Below are positions 1 through 14,813 of a stretch of 64,000 nt of DNA, one piece after another (position 1 is the stretch's first letter; every line of letters starts with the position of its first letter). The stretch is from positions 93,868,001 through 93,932,000 of the forward strand of contig NC_042999.1 in assembly GCF_006345805.1 (NCBI RefSeq). Reading direction: 5' to 3'. A program made the translations under genes and the position numbers. The notes beneath the pieces are model-generated. The model saw nothing but the letters and a program-made list of their open reading frames with translations. It did not search any database and was not told where the DNA came from. The stretch is from Octopus sinensis. Taxonomy: Eukaryota.

Positions 1-887
1 TCTGGGTTAACTAAGGTGGTGAGCTTTGCAATCTAAGGTTGACTTTGCCTTTCTCCTCTTGATGTCGAAAAAATATGTACCAGTTGATTATTGGCTTTGA
101 TGGAATCGTCTTACATGCCCCTAAATTGCAGACATTATGACAAAATATGAAACCAATATATGGTGTACCCGAGGATATGGAATCTAACAGCGGACGTTAT
201 ACTTGTCAAGCAAACGTCTCTACCATTCAGCCAAACACTGATATGTGTACACACACACACACACACATCACTTTCGTATCTGGTTTGCAGGCTTCTTGAC
301 AGGTTTAATATGTCAATAACATATGAGGCACGCGTAATGGTTCAAGCTTACTATTTTATTACTCACCAAATGGTTTGTTATTTATGCAATGAACTATTAC
401 AGTGTTTGATTAAGGAAAATAAGTGTCGTCTCTGTTGTGATTTAAATAGAAATAAAAGTACCTTACATATTCCATTTAGCAACTAGAGATGTCAGAAACA
501 TTGACCTTGAATATTAAACACTTTTTTATAAATACGAAGCGTATATCACAGAATAAAATGTAGTTCCAGGTACACTCTCCTTCAATAGAAAACACGTGAA
601 TATTATGCCTTCAAATGTAAGATCTCTTTGTCGGTGCTGAAATAATAAAACATTATCATAGTGCATCCCAATATAATTTAATCTAGCCTTTCTGCTATAT
701 GCAAAAGGTCTGAGACTTATTTTATCTACCTCGAAATCCTGAAAGGCAAAGTCGAGCCCGGCAAAATTAGAACTCAGGAAGAAAAGCCTGAACAGATACC
801 ACAAAATATTTTGTCCAGTGTTCTGTTCTGCCACCTCACCGGCTTCCAATATGATTTAAAGTATGAGATATAATTACTCCCCAAGTT

Positions 888-952
<65 letters not shown>

Positions 953-1289
953 GACATCCGTTTGAAATATGTAAATTTAATTAGCTTGGTTATATCATAG
1001 TGATACCTATGCGAACTCTGAGCTGCAAATTAAAGTTGCCGTATTAAGAAGATTCAATTCGGATTCAGCACATCTATCACTGTATGTTTCAAATTATATA
1101 CTCGGAAACCCATACATACATGATAGCTGCATATATCTATAGGATTTGGTCCAATGGTAGAACATCTCACATGTGTGGAGGAGATGAGGTTTCTAGCCTC
1201 ATACTAGTTCTAAAGACGGAGCCTTGTGTCTTTGTTGGAAATCAACATACTTTACACACATACGCACACACGCATGTGCGCGTATGTAT

Positions 1290-1690
1290 TCTTCTGTTTT
1301 ATTTGTTTCAGTCATTTGACTGCGACCATGCTGGAGCACCGACTTAAGTCGAACAAATCGATACCAGGATTTATTCTTTGTAAGCCTAGTACTTATTCTA
1401 TCGGAGTCTTATGACGAACCGCTAAGTTTCGGGGTTCGGGGACGTAAAGACACCAACATCGGTTGTCAAGCGCGATAGTGGGGGGGGGCAAACACAGACA
1501 ATGATATACACTAACACACACACACATATATATATACGACGGGCTTCTTTCAGTTTCCGTCCACGAAATTCACTCAAAAGGGTTTGGACTGTCCGGGGCT
1601 ATAGTAGGAGACACTCGTCCAACGTACCACGCGGTGGGACTGAATCCGGAACCATGTGGTTAGTAAGCAAGCTACTTACCACTCACCCAG
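1290..1690 (-). mobile_element. tRNA-derived SINE (octopus OR-type, CORE-like)
   Basis: The minus strand has a tRNA-like head with a B-box-like GGTTCCGGATTCAGTCC (1637-1653), then a body (GGAAACTGAAAGAAGCCCGTCG), a CA/TA microsatellite and a tail. It resembles octopus OR SINEs as I recall them. Confidence 0.75.
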
Positions 1691-1694
1691 TTCT

Positions 1695-1800
1695 GTATGT
1701 ATGTATGTATGTATGTATGTATGTATGTATGTATGCATGTATGTATGTGTGTATGTATGTATGTATGTATGTATGTATGTATGTATGTATGTATGTATGT
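1695..1800. repeat. (TATG)n microsatellite
   Basis: Direct inspection. Confidence 0.95.
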
Positions 1801-1889
1801 GTACGAATGGATACGTGCATTTTTGCATGTTTTGTTTTATGTCTTTTCATGCATATATTTGCATATCTAGACATGCTCGTATATAATTG

Positions 1890-2500
1890 AATGATAAACT
1901 TCTGGAAAGTTTTAGAGGTTTTTACAATTTCAATGATTGCTAGGATCTGTAGACTTCGAATCAGCTTTCTCTTTTCTTGTTTGAAATGCCTAATTTCTCA
2001 ATATTGGTATTTAGATAGAGTGTTACATACCACCGTGCTCCAATAATTATAGGTATGGACTTGAACTTGTAATCCGGATAAAATAACTGTAGATTTCTCA
2101 ATAGTAAGTATTCTCATTTTGATCGATCTTCAGCTTTATGTTAATATCGGCTGGGCAGCTGATTGCCTCAACTGCATATAGTTTCTCTTCTCTACCCTAA
2201 ATCCTTATATGAGCTCTATTGTGTTTACATTTTATTGAGGATTTCACTAGGATATTCCACCAGTAATCCTTTTTTATTATAAAAGTCTATAACTCCTACC
2301 ATACTGTGGGCTCTTACTTCTTTGTCATCGGTGTCATCCTTTCGACGAATTCCATTATATAGTATCCTAGCTACAACATCATGTCTCATCGGTGAAAAAA
2401 GTTTTTGAACAACTGCTTATTATGTGGGTGATATCTTCGGTTGATAAATAATACTAACTCGAAGTGACCAATTGCACATTTGGTGTCGGAGACTATTTTT
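1890..2500 (-). pseudogene. 3' relic of an RLE-type (R4/Dong-like) non-LTR retrotransposon: Zn-knuckle plus restriction-like endonuclease
   Basis: Manual frame-hopping translation gives DTKC..EDITHIISSC..RHDVVARILYNGI..YWWNILVKSSIKCKHNRAHI..EAISCPADINIKLKI..PIIIGA..LIRSLQILAIIEIVKT. This matches the CCHC/RHD/PD-(D/E)xK C-terminus of RLE LINEs. Multiple stops and frameshifts are present. Confidence 0.7.
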
Positions 2501-3915
2501 CGAAGATACAATGAATAATATCTCCAACTTTGGAGCCGCAATTATCAGCCTTGTTAAATAACTGGTTTAGCTTCAGGTGAATTAATTAACTGAGGGAGCC
2601 TTTTATTTACGATCGTATTGACTTTTGACTGAAACTTGAATTTAGCATGCAGAGAGTTACTACGAACAACATGGCTGTACGCAACATGAACAATAATACA
2701 AGCGAGGAGCAACATGAAGACAATAGCTAAACAAGTAAACAGATTCATTCTAGCTGTAGTTATAGAAGCAACCGTAAATACAAAACCCATTTATCTTGGG
2801 GTTATGTATGTATGTATGTATGTATGTATGTATGTATGCAAGCGTGCAAGTCTGTATTTGAAACTGAATGGTCTTCTACATTAGCGTTTGTCACCACTTC
2901 AAACTTCAGGTGAGAATTGTTATAAACCGGTTGGTTTGGTGGGGTGGGGAAACGTTGTGGCTTTTCGTGAATGAGGCAGCTGATTTTTTTTGCATTTGAT
3001 ATTTGTTGATTAACTGTTAGCGTTTCTCTGGTTATTGCTTATTTATTGTACGCTTTATTTTATTTTTGCACTTGTTGAGGTGGGTTGATTCTCTTAGACA
3101 TCTTCTCCGCCTTTTATCTATTAATTTATACCACATTCTACTTATGTTGTGCTTGTTTTGGTGAACATCGTTCTGATTTTCTAACTAAACTGTGGATTTT
3201 ATCATACAGCCATACCTCCCCACATATGTACACACATACACACTTGCAAGTGAACCTGCTTTCACACGCATCTTCAAAATTATTTGATTAATATCAATTA
3301 AATGTATTAATACCAAGTAATCATTACTTATAAACTGTGAATCTAACAGTTGCATATGGGAAAAACTATTTCAAAATCAAATTTATTATGCTATATTAAT
3401 TAAATATAAATGAAAGCGTTAAGCTCGTAGTTATCAAAACTACTTTATTATATTTATTATCAACGAGAAGCAATTTTAAGTAGTAAAGTAGTTTTAATTA
3501 CTACCAGATGAACACTTATGGAAGTGTTGATGTCGTAGAATTGAAACTGTATATGTTTACTAATTAAAGGATTTCATAAGATATATTCTGAGATTGCATT
3601 CAAATACACATGCGCACGCAAACTTACACACATTTTCATACAAACATATAAGTACTCAATTCTAAATACATATATATATATGCATGTATAAACACATGTA
3701 CACAAATGCACACACATGTATAAATATGAGTTGGGTACTCTATGAAAAGAAAAAAATCTGTATCGTCTTGTATATATTATTTGATAAGTAAGTGTATACA
3801 TTCTTAAATGATATCCAGCTATAAATTTAGTGGTTTTATACTAGGAAATTGTTTGCGGGATATATAAAGAAAATATTGAACACTATTACTAACTTCAATA
3901 TAATGATTTGATAAA

Positions 3916-4125
3916 ACGACGAGCTTGTAGAGTTGTTAGCGCCGGACAAAATGCTTAGCGGCATTTTGTCCATCACCACAATCTGTGTTCAAATTTTGTC
4001 GAAGTCGACTTTGATTTTCATCCTTTCGTGGTCGATAAGGTAAGTACCTGTTAGTCACTGTGGGAGGTTAGGTGTAATCGCCTTACCCTCATCCTCGAAA
4101 CTGCTAGCCTTCTGTCCATATTTTA
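3916..4125 (+). mobile_element. tRNA-derived SINE (second octopus family), diverged
   Basis: GAGCTTGTAGAGTTGTTAGC..AAATGCTTAGCGGCATTT..GTCGACTTTGATTTTCATCCTTTCG matches other copies in the window (11011, 25705, 25957). Confidence 0.65.
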
Positions 4126-4369
4126 AATCGATATACTGATGTGCTCATAATTATTATTTCTAACTCATTATTTCTAAACAGGAATTTTTAGGGAAGTCGA
4201 TTACACCGACCCCTAGCACCCTTTTTTTTACTCGTAGAGTCATTGACGGCGATACTTGGTCTCAGATTGTATTTCCTTCTGCCCACCACATGAACGGCAA
4301 AAACTATAAATACTTTAGGTTTTGGCATGAGAAATGCAACATAAAGGGATAAAACAATTTCTGTTTCGG

Positions 4370-4490
4370 CCTCAGTACTTGACTAATACTAAAAAAGATA
4401 AATGACCTTGGCGGAATTTGAATTTAGCGCATAAAGATCTTAAAGAAATGATGCTAAGTACTTTATCCGACGCGCTAATAATTCAGCAAC
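4370..4490 (-). mobile_element. SINE fragment (same family as 3916-4125)
   Basis: GACCTTGGCGGAATTTGAA..GCTAAGTACTTTATCCGACGCGCTAA is the reverse complement of the family head and body. Confidence 0.5.
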
Positions 4491-4664
4491 ATTATCACCT
4501 TCACAGTTATATGAACACTACCAAGTACAACAGAAATATAATTAAGGATATATGTCATTGCATCTATCGAAGACTTCCAACTTTTTGAGGAGCTAACTTT
4601 CAAAACCAGATATATGCATCTGAATGACTTCTCGGTAATTATTTAAAACAACTTATATATACGA

Positions 4665-5177
4665 CTAGCAGTATCGCCCGGCGTTGCTCGGGTTTGTAAG
4701 GGAAATAACTATATAAGCATTTTTAGAGAGTTACTTCCCTTATAGATGCCAATTCGGGCTTTCTTAGCCATTTCTGTTTTGGTGTCTTCAAGCCATGAAG
4801 TCGTTGTTCTAAAAGAACGCTGGTCTCCTTGACAACGCTTTACGACGTTGATTTCCTTACACTCCCTTCCCCACAGCTTCACGGGGGAGGGAAGAAGGGG
4901 GAGAAGCAAACAGGTGCAGGTGTGACCATGAACGCCAACTCCGCCGCCATCGACACACGAAAAATTATGCATTAAAATGGAATAAAAAATGATGTTAAAT
5001 TATTTTTTAAATCGTAGACTCATCGTAGACGCGCGCTAATACTCAGACGGGCTCGATATGAATCACGACTATAAGATACCCGAATTTGGTTAAACTGCAC
5101 CGCAAAATGTGGGAGTAGTTAGGAATCTAAATCGAAGGGGACAGACACTCACACAACTACAGTTTTATATATATAGA
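4665..5177 (-). mobile_element. Non-autonomous Helitron, copy 1
   Basis: The minus strand starts TCTATATATATAAAAC and ends in hairpin CCCG-AGCAACGC-CGGG, then a short spacer (CGATACTG), then CTAG followed by T. These are canonical Helitron termini. Confidence 0.8.
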
Positions 5178-5667
5178 CTAGCAGTATCGCCCGGCGTTGC
5201 TCGGGTTTGTAAGGGAAATAACTATATAAGCATTTTTAGAGAGTTACTTCCCTTATAAATTCGGGCTTTCTTAGCCATTTTTGTTTTGGTGTCTTCAAGC
5301 CATGAAGTCGTCGTTCTAAAAGAACGCTGGTTTCCTTCACAACGCATTACGACGTTGATTTCTTTACACTCCCTTCCCCACAGCTTCACGATGGAGGGAA
5401 GGGGGAGCTGTGAGCGTGGACGTCAATTCCGCCGCCATCGACATACGATGCATTTTATGCATTAAAATGGAATAAAAAATGATGTTAAATTATTTTTAAA
5501 ATCGTAGACTCATCGTTGACGCGCGCTAATAGTCAGACGGGCTCGATATGAATCACGACTATAAGATACCCGAATTTGGTTAAACTGCACCGCAAAATGT
5601 GGGAGGAGTTAGGAATCTAAATCGAAGGGGACAGACACTCACACGACTAGAGTTTTATATATATAGA
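5178..5667 (-). mobile_element. Non-autonomous Helitron, copy 2 (abuts copy 1 head-to-tail)
   Basis: It has the same TC/hairpin/CTAG termini. The junction ..ATATAGA|CTAGCAG has no intervening base. It differs internally from copy 1. Confidence 0.8.
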
Positions 5668-6738
5668 TATAGATTGGAAAACTAAGATTCACCTGCTGCC
5701 AATAACGCATCTATCCCAGTTTAACTGAGAAAAATTTCACGTGCGTGAAGCCAACGGCTTGCAGATTCTGTTCAATGGTTATCATGAAATCGGACAAATA
5801 TGCACTTACACCGGTTTTCAAAGTAAGCTCTTCAATTCTTTTGCCAAGGAAGCATTTTATATATATGATGTAAAAGCTCGTATTCTACCATGACGCACGT
5901 GAATTTATATTCTAATAAAGATAAATGCATTGTGTAATAGAACTGAACAGAGGGAGACAACGTCGCACTCGTATTATATTTAGAAATGTGATATGGACAC
6001 TTTATAAATCCTCAACGGAGACGCTAAAGAAAATACTCATATATGAAAAATAATTGATATTATCTGATTATAAATCGAATAGTTTTTAGAACTGCTTTTA
6101 GATTTAACAGAGAGATAGCGAAAACTGGAAATTGGCTATGATAAATTTACCGTATATGTTGCATACATACATGATTACATAATACATACATCTTGAAAAG
6201 TGAAGAAAACAATATTTTACATGTAGGCAGCGATCCTGATGACCTCCCATACAGTCCCGAAACAGCTGAAAAACATACATCAAAGAAGGCCTATAGGTGA
6301 AACGCTCAGCATACCACAAAAGGTCCATTCTTGTATCTTTCAAAAAAACTTTTAAGAAGACAGTAATGTTAACATAAAGCGAAACCACTCATGGATTCAT
6401 TTGCAGTCCAAGAACAGGTGATTGCAACGGAATACCTATTAAAAGAACAGGTGATTGCTATGGAATACCTAGTTAACAAAAGGGACAATGAAGCACTTAG
6501 TGTTCCAAGATGAAATCATGTATACACGATGGACTCATGCCTTGTCTCACATATTCAAATTAAAGGCATTGGTCGGCCCAGGGGATTAGTACAAGACAGT
6601 TGCTCAAGGCACGGGACAATGAGACTCCTGTGGTTTCTAAACAAGTAATTTTAGGATACGCGTGTGTAAGTGTATATGAATATGAACGCTGTATGCATAT
6701 ATACGTATATTATGTATATGACTGTTTGTGTATATATA

Positions 6739-6844
<106 letters not shown>

Positions 6845-6891
6845 CATACAAACATTTCTCTTTTTTCTCTCTCTCTTTATATATATATAGA

Positions 6892-7380
6892 CTAGCAGTA
6901 TCGCCCGGCGTTGCTCGGGTTGTAAGGGAAATAACTATATAAGCATTTTTAGAGAGTTACTTCCCTTATAAATTCGGGCTTTCTTAGCCATTTTTGTTTT
7001 GGTGTCTTCAAGCCATGAAGTCGTCGTTCTAAAAGAACGCTGGTTTCCTTCACAACGCATTACGACGTTGATTTCTTTACACTCCCTTCCCCACAGCTTC
7101 ACGATGGAGGGAAGGGGGAGCTGTGAGCGTGGACGTCAACTCCGCCGCCATCGACATACGATGCATTTTATGCATTAAAATGGAATAAAAAATGATGTTA
7201 AATTATTTTTAAAATCGTAGACTCATCGTTGACGCGCGCTAATAGTCAGACGGGCTCGATATGAATCACGACTATAAGATACCCGAATTTGGTTAAACTG
7301 CACCGCAAAATGTGGGAGGAGTTAGGAATCTAAATCGAAGGGGACAGACACTCACACGACTAGAGTTTTATATATATAGA
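6892..7380 (-). mobile_element. Non-autonomous Helitron, copy 3 (part of the 1.71-kb duplication)
   Basis: Near-identical to copy 2, with the same termini. Confidence 0.8.
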
Positions 7381-8440
7381 TATAGATTGGAAGACTAAGA
7401 TTCACCTGCTGCCAATAACGCATCTATCCCAGTTTAACTGAGAAAAATTTCACGTGCGTGAAGCCAACGGCTTGCAGATTCTGTTCAATGGTTATCATGA
7501 AATCGGACAAATATGCACTTACACCGGTTTTCAAAGTAAGCTCTTCAATTCTTTTGCCAAGGAAGCATTTTATATATGATGTAAAAGCTCGTATTCTACC
7601 ATGACGCACGTGAATTTATATTCTAATAAAGATAAATGCATTGTGTAATAGAACTGAACAGAGGGAGACAACGTCGCACTCGTATTATATTTAGAAATGT
7701 GATATGGACACTTTATAAATCCTCAACGGAGACGCTAAAGAAAATACTCATATATGAAAAATAATTGATATTATCTGATTATAAATCGAATAGTTTTTAG
7801 AACTGCTTTTAGATTTAACAGAGAGATAGCGAAAACTGGAAATTGGCTATGATAAATTTACCGTATATGTTGCATACATACATGATTACATAATACATAC
7901 ATCTTGAAAAGTGAAGAAAACAATATTTTACATGTAGGCAGCGATCCTGATGACCTCCCATACAGTCCCGAAACAGCTGAAAAACATACATCAAAGAAGG
8001 CCTATAGGTGAAACGCTCAGCATACCACAAAAGGTCCATTCTTGTATCTTTCAAAAAAACTTTTAAGAAGACAGTAATGTTAACATAAAGCGAAACCACT
8101 CATGGATTCATTTGCAGTCCAAGAACAGGTGATTGCAACGGAATACCTATTAAAAGAACAGGTGATTGCTATGGAATACCTAGTTAACAAAAGGGACAAT
8201 GAAGCACTTAGTGTTCCAAGATGAAATCATGTATACACGATGGACTCATGCCTTGTCTCACATATTCAAATTAAAGGCATTGGTCGGCCAGGGGATTAGT
8301 ACAAGACAGTTGCTCAAGGCACGGGACAATGAGACTCCTGTGGTTTCTAAACAAGTAATTTTAGGATACGCGTGTGTAAGTGTATATGAATATGAACGCT
8401 GTATGCATATATACGTATATTATGTATATGACTGTTTGTG

Positions 8441-8534
<94 letters not shown>

Positions 8535-9279
8535 CACATACATACAAACATTTCTCTTTTTTCTCTCTCTCTTTATATATATATATATATATATATGAGT
8601 GTGTGTGTGTGCATATGTGTGTGAGTGTGCGTATGTATGTGTGTGCGTGTTTGTATATGTGCGTATGAGTGCATTTCAATATTTCCGCATGTGTATGTTA
8701 ATTATTTTGTATGATTTAAACGCGTTTGTCCTTGCGATTGCGCTACGAGCCAGAGCACATGCTCAATAGTATTCAGTATATTTTATAATTTCTTGCAGCA
8801 GGAACCAATGTAACCGTCTATCGATTGATCGCTAGAGCATACAATCATCAGTAACTGGTTAAATATAAAATCCCATTTATTTATTTTGTTTTATCGAATT
8901 CCGTGCATCGTGTATTACATTTAATAGGTGTAAATAGGGTATGATTTTTTTTTACCCGAGGTAGACGTAACAATTTTATTAAGTAGATATTTATGAAATA
9001 TGAGAACTAAGTATTGTCTATTTGAAAATGGTAATTGACTAGTTTAGAAGGAATTCGATTTATATAGAGTATATTTTAAGTGTTGTCGTGTATACTCTTG
9101 AATGCTGGTCTTACCTTTGATCCAATGTCACTATATTAAAATGATTGAAACAGTGCAGCAGATGAGTTACTTGGGAGAGGCTGAAATGTAATAATCTATA
9201 TACGGAAAACACTAGAAGAGCTAGTACATAATTTCGACATTGCTTGCTATACAAATGCTAGAACATGACGTTATTGTAT

Positions 9280-9530
9280 TGCAGCAAAGGTACCATCAAA
9301 TTCATCTGAATTCAGGATCAGGTCCTGCAATAGCTTAGGGTTCAATGGCCCACAACTCTTCAATATCCAGTAAAAAAAATTAAGACATCTACATAATGTG
9401 GGTATAGATGTCTTCAAAAAGGAACTAGACATATTCATCTCTACGATACTGGATGAGCCTACAGCCAGGCATGAGGTACCGACGAAGGCAGCGGAATCAA
9501 ACTCTCCCTCAGACACTAAATGGGCAACAG
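9280..9530 (+). pseudogene. CR1-group LINE ORF2 C-terminal relic
   Basis: Translates as ..NSLGFNGPQLFNI..VFKKELDIFISTILDEP..AAESNS, the typical GPxLFN/FKxxLDxF/PDxP tail. The same motifs occur at the end of the 43.4-kb LINE. Confidence 0.55.
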
Positions 9531-9649
9531 GAGTGGTGACGTGAACTCCTACATACACTGAATAAAACAGCCGAAGTATAATCATAAGTAACGGCGCAAA
9601 ACCACATGACTGCAGCTGCATGGCTGAAACCAATAAAAGAATAAAAGAA

Positions 9650-9759
<110 letters not shown>

Positions 9760-9762
9760 AAA

Positions 9763-10397
<635 letters not shown>

Positions 10398-11010
10398 TAT
10401 GTATGACTATTTCTCATGCAAGATGTATTCAGACATACTTAGTGTTACTTTATGATATTTGTAAATGAAATCCTTTGTCAAAATGTTAATATTTTCTTTA
10501 TACACAGTGGCGTTATACTAAGTGCCTTGTCATTTGTCGTTAGGATACAGACTGTTATGTACCAATTGTCTCTTTATAAGCAGATTCAAGAATTATCGAA
10601 AACTGGGTTTCTGTAGAAATATGCATTATCGTTAATACATTAAACTCATCTCATTCGAATTATTATATATGCCCTCATTACTATACTGTGTTGGTGTATT
10701 AACCTCTACGTATTATTTTAACGTATTAGAATAGACATTTTTACGATAACTGAAAATCACTAATTCTTAGTGTTTAATTTCATTGAACCAATATGTATGT
10801 CACTAACATTTACATATCTAGAGAACTGATGAAAATGCTTATTTGTCTGTATTCAGTTTCTATATAGTTCTTTTTAAAATATGCTCTACAGGGTAATTAA
10901 AACCTGCACATGTAACCAAAAAGGATTGCATCTAGATGGTCATTCGCAAAGCTATAAAAATGAAAACAAAAATATATGCTTATTATAGAATGTTCCTGTA
11001 AAAAATTAGC

Positions 11011-11226
11011 AATTATTTCTACACTAGGCACAAGGCCTTAAAATTTAGGAGAAGGGGCTGGTTGGTTACATCGACCCCAGTATTAAACTGGTACTTATTT
11101 TATCGACCCCCACTTGATGAAAGGCAAATTTTACTTCGGCGGAATTCGAATTCAGAACATGAAGACGGATGAAATATCGCTAAGTATTTCACCCGGTGTG
11201 CTAAAGATTCTGCCAGCTCGCCGCCT
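11011..11226 (-). mobile_element. tRNA-derived SINE, full length
   Basis: The minus strand begins GGCGGCGAGCTGGCAGAATC, has B-box-like GTTCTGAATTCGAATTCC, and ends in a GGCCTTGTGCCTAG tail. Confidence 0.75.
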
Positions 11227-12259
11227 TCCTGTAAACAAATATGATAATGTACGAAGGTAGGTACAAATAAGTTTAATCGGGCAAGCATCCAAAGTACGAA
11301 ACCTGAAGTATGAATCGGGTGTATTATTTTGATATACTATGGCGAAACTAGATGTCGGCAAATTCCAAGTAGGTATTTGGAGTTATTTTAGACGCTCTTT
11401 TCATACGATGGTGTTTAAAAGTCTGCCATACTCGTGTATATATTTTCAATCAAGATTACAACCAATTCACAATGAATTCATCACTACGTAGAAGAGATAG
11501 AAACGCATCACATATCTTCACATTTACCCGTAACAGTTCGCAACCAGTAAGGTGAACTATAATTGGTATATGCAATTATCTTTATGAATTGAAATAACAC
11601 CTATTCGGTGTGTGAATATGATTCTAGACGTTTGTCGTGTGTAAAAAAATAAATATTTTCTTATAATTATTTTAGATACAAAATGAGAATATTTCAATAT
11701 ACTTTGAAGATGCCTAATGTGAATCATTTATGGAATTCATTTTCTAATAAAAATAAATAAATAAATAATAAAACAAAAAGAGGAAGTTGAAAATAGGATT
11801 ATTTAGAAGACACTTTAGCATGCTATCCTTACTCGAAACGTTATGCATTCACATTTTCATAAACAGTCTCATAAATCATCATCCAATACGGGTGTTTCTT
11901 TCTTTCTTTCTTGCTTGCTTTCTTTCTTTCCTTCCTTCTTGCTTTCTTTCTTTATTTATTTTTTGCTTTCTTTCTTTTGCTTGTTTAAGACAATTCTATT
12001 AATCTTTTGGATATGGTCATTTCCTGCAGTTAAAGTGAAGAGGGGAAGCTTGCATTGCTGATTTCTGTCTCACACAATTGTCTGTTTTCTGATATTATAA
12101 TGTATTCCCACACACTATTTAACAGTGTACGAGATTACAAAGTAATCCTTTCACAGCACTGTTAACTCTTGTATTGTAGTAGCAAATCTGCTAAAAATAT
12201 AGGTTTGAATATTGGATATATAGGGGGAGAAAAAGGTAAATATATAGATAGATATATAC

Positions 12260-12271
12260 ATACATATATAT

Positions 12272-12335
<64 letters not shown>

Positions 12336-12474
12336 GTATGTATGTATACCGGAGTAAACACATAAATGTGAAACAAGGTGGAAAAAAGAGTACTCAAATA
12401 CCAGTGATAGAGTAACAGGTTTTGTTGAATTTTCTGCTGCTTTAAATAAAGTATATATATATATATAATATATA

Positions 12475-12545
<71 letters not shown>

Positions 12546-12582
12546 CAATTTATGCCCCTCTCTCTCTTTATATATATGTGTG

Positions 12583-12652
<70 letters not shown>
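12260..12652. repeat. Compound (TA)n/(GATA)n microsatellite cluster
   Basis: Direct inspection. One of many (TA)n tracts (e.g. 895-950, 9670-9760, 10263-10400, 16200-16430, 21660-21910, 24180-24330, 30340-30445, 31815-31990, 35460-35770, 54925-55290). Confidence 0.9.
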
Positions 12653-12654
<2 letters not shown>

Positions 12655-12923
12655 GTGTCAACAGCAGGCAGTTGACAATTTAACATACTACTGTCATCGC
12701 ACTTCCCATATGAGTAAACAAGAGAGATAGAGACAGGCAGAAACAAGGAAAATACCTCTTTTATTTGAAAACTATGCAAACATTCTGTTAAAAAAAATTA
12801 TTTAAATTTTTCCAAAATTATATTATTTCCATACTTCCAGTTGAAATAGTCTCAATGACTGAAACCGTTACTGAAATGTTTGTTATAAAATTATTTTAGC
12901 ATTTTCTATCTTGACTTTTTTTC

Positions 12924-12954
<31 letters not shown>

Positions 12955-13027
12955 AGCACATGCATTATTTAATATACTCGTATTAGTGGGTGTAATGTGA
13001 GTGTATCGTAAGGGCAAAAAAAAAATA

Positions 13028-13165
13028 TGCGGTTGCATGACCTGGTGAGTTTGGCGTCACTGCGATTATGTGACCGCGATTGTCATTCCCGGGCCGGGGT
13101 TCGTTGTGCTCTTGAGCAAGACACTTCATATCATGTTGGTCTACGATCACTTCGACACTTTTATT
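13028..13165 (+). mobile_element. Degenerate tRNA-SINE fragment
   Basis: TCTTGAGCAAGACACTT central motif shared with the SINE at 55547. Confidence 0.5.
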
Positions 13166-14690
13166 ACTATAATACATATCTTCAGAGGGTTGTAATTCTC
13201 TGCTGAATCGCTAACTTCTTTTACGTTTAATTAAATACTGGGATAAATAGATAATTAATATATACACATATACGCAAATATTTTTGTATAGATCTAAGGC
13301 ACGGAATTTTTAGTAAGTAAATGTTTACTGAGGCGACGATCAGTATATAAAGAAATTGAAAGTGATGGACGGTCACTTGATTATGAGAAACAATAGAATA
13401 GATTTCGCATTCATTAAAGTTAATAATGTAAGCGAGAATTTTAACTAGGGTAAATACTTTGTGTGAGGAGGGGAGCATTTTTGTAATACATTGATTCAGA
13501 ATGTCATCCTCGTACGCTTATATTCTTGTGTATGCGTGTGTTTTTATGGGCTTGTTTTTATGGGAGTGTGGAAAAGGTAAAATTATTCAATACCTTCATG
13601 TAAATACAAAAGATATTCTTCATCTTTCCCGAGACTCCAAACATTTATATGATAATTTCTTATTGTATTTTAGAAATTCCATTTATACAATTTACTCTAT
13701 ATAACAAACTGAGTTACATAAATTATATATTTCAGATAGTGTAAATGAGAACTTTACCAAATATATTTTCTGAACAAACTTTAACATCCCCTCATATTTT
13801 ATAAAAATCTAAAAGCACAGAGGTGTAATTGTCAATAACTGAAAAAGTAATTAACGCGTAAACACATTTTCAATTATGAAAATGATATATCCACCCGTCA
13901 AACTATGCAAATATGTGCACAAAGACATGGAAAAGAAACTTAAGATACAAGCACATGCACAATAAAATACAAAATAGTGGTATATGTTAAAGAAAAAATT
14001 ACATAGTTCTTTTAATAGAAATTTTGAATTTAAAACTTAATTTGAAATAATTCTTCTTTCACGCTTTCTATAAATCACAAAAAACTAACGAATACATTAA
14101 TAAATAAGCTGACACTTTCGCGCAAACACATATATGAAAACACGCTAACACAAAAATACATTCAACAAACACATTGAAACTATACTTACAAAAAACAAAC
14201 TAATACATACAAACAAATGAACCTGAACGTCTATGAAATAAGATCATAAAGACACAGTTACGAAATATTTTGGGAGAAATTTCACAGGAATAGATAGAAG
14301 TTATATATTTCGTATCTTGAAAGTATTAAACTTACGTATTTTTTGAAGCTTTGTTTACTTCAAAAATTTAACTACCTTCTTATATTTAAAAGTTTACATT
14401 GATAAAATAAAAGCTAATCAGGTACTTACATATTCTCAGACGAATAAGTTAACTCACATATACAGAGATTCTCATGCATAACTCCAAAACGGAAAACAAT
14501 TTCAGACCAAAACCAATTTCAAACCAAAACCAAAATCGCGAAATGCAAACCAGCATGTACAAGTATGACAGGAATATGCAAAAGATATGAAACACCTTGC
14601 TACACCCCTTAATAGCATTCGTTAAGTTCTTAAGGTTAGCAATTTTGACTTTGTGAGGGGGGAAGTCGATTACATAGACGCAAATGAGCA

Positions 14691-14813
14691 ACTGGTAATT
14701 ATTTTTCGACCCCAAAAGCGTGAACGAGAAAGCGACCTGGCAGAATTTTAACTCAGAACGTGAGGACAGGTGAAATGTGTTAAGTATTTTTGCTCACCTA
14801 AACTGACTCCCAG
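14691..14813 (-). mobile_element. SINE fragment
   Basis: GACCTGGCAGAATTTTAACTCAGAACG matches the 11011 family. Confidence 0.5.

Noticed and set aside
2554-2790. 78-aa ORF with a hydrophobic, signal-like N-terminus
   Set aside because: It is short, has no recognisable family, and sits next to a LINE relic and a microsatellite; the evidence is insufficient.
6232-6272. CTGATGA..GAAAC AGCT G motif (also at 7943-7983)
   Set aside because: Stem II and stem I do not pair and the NUH site is absent (GAA). At best it is a dead relic.
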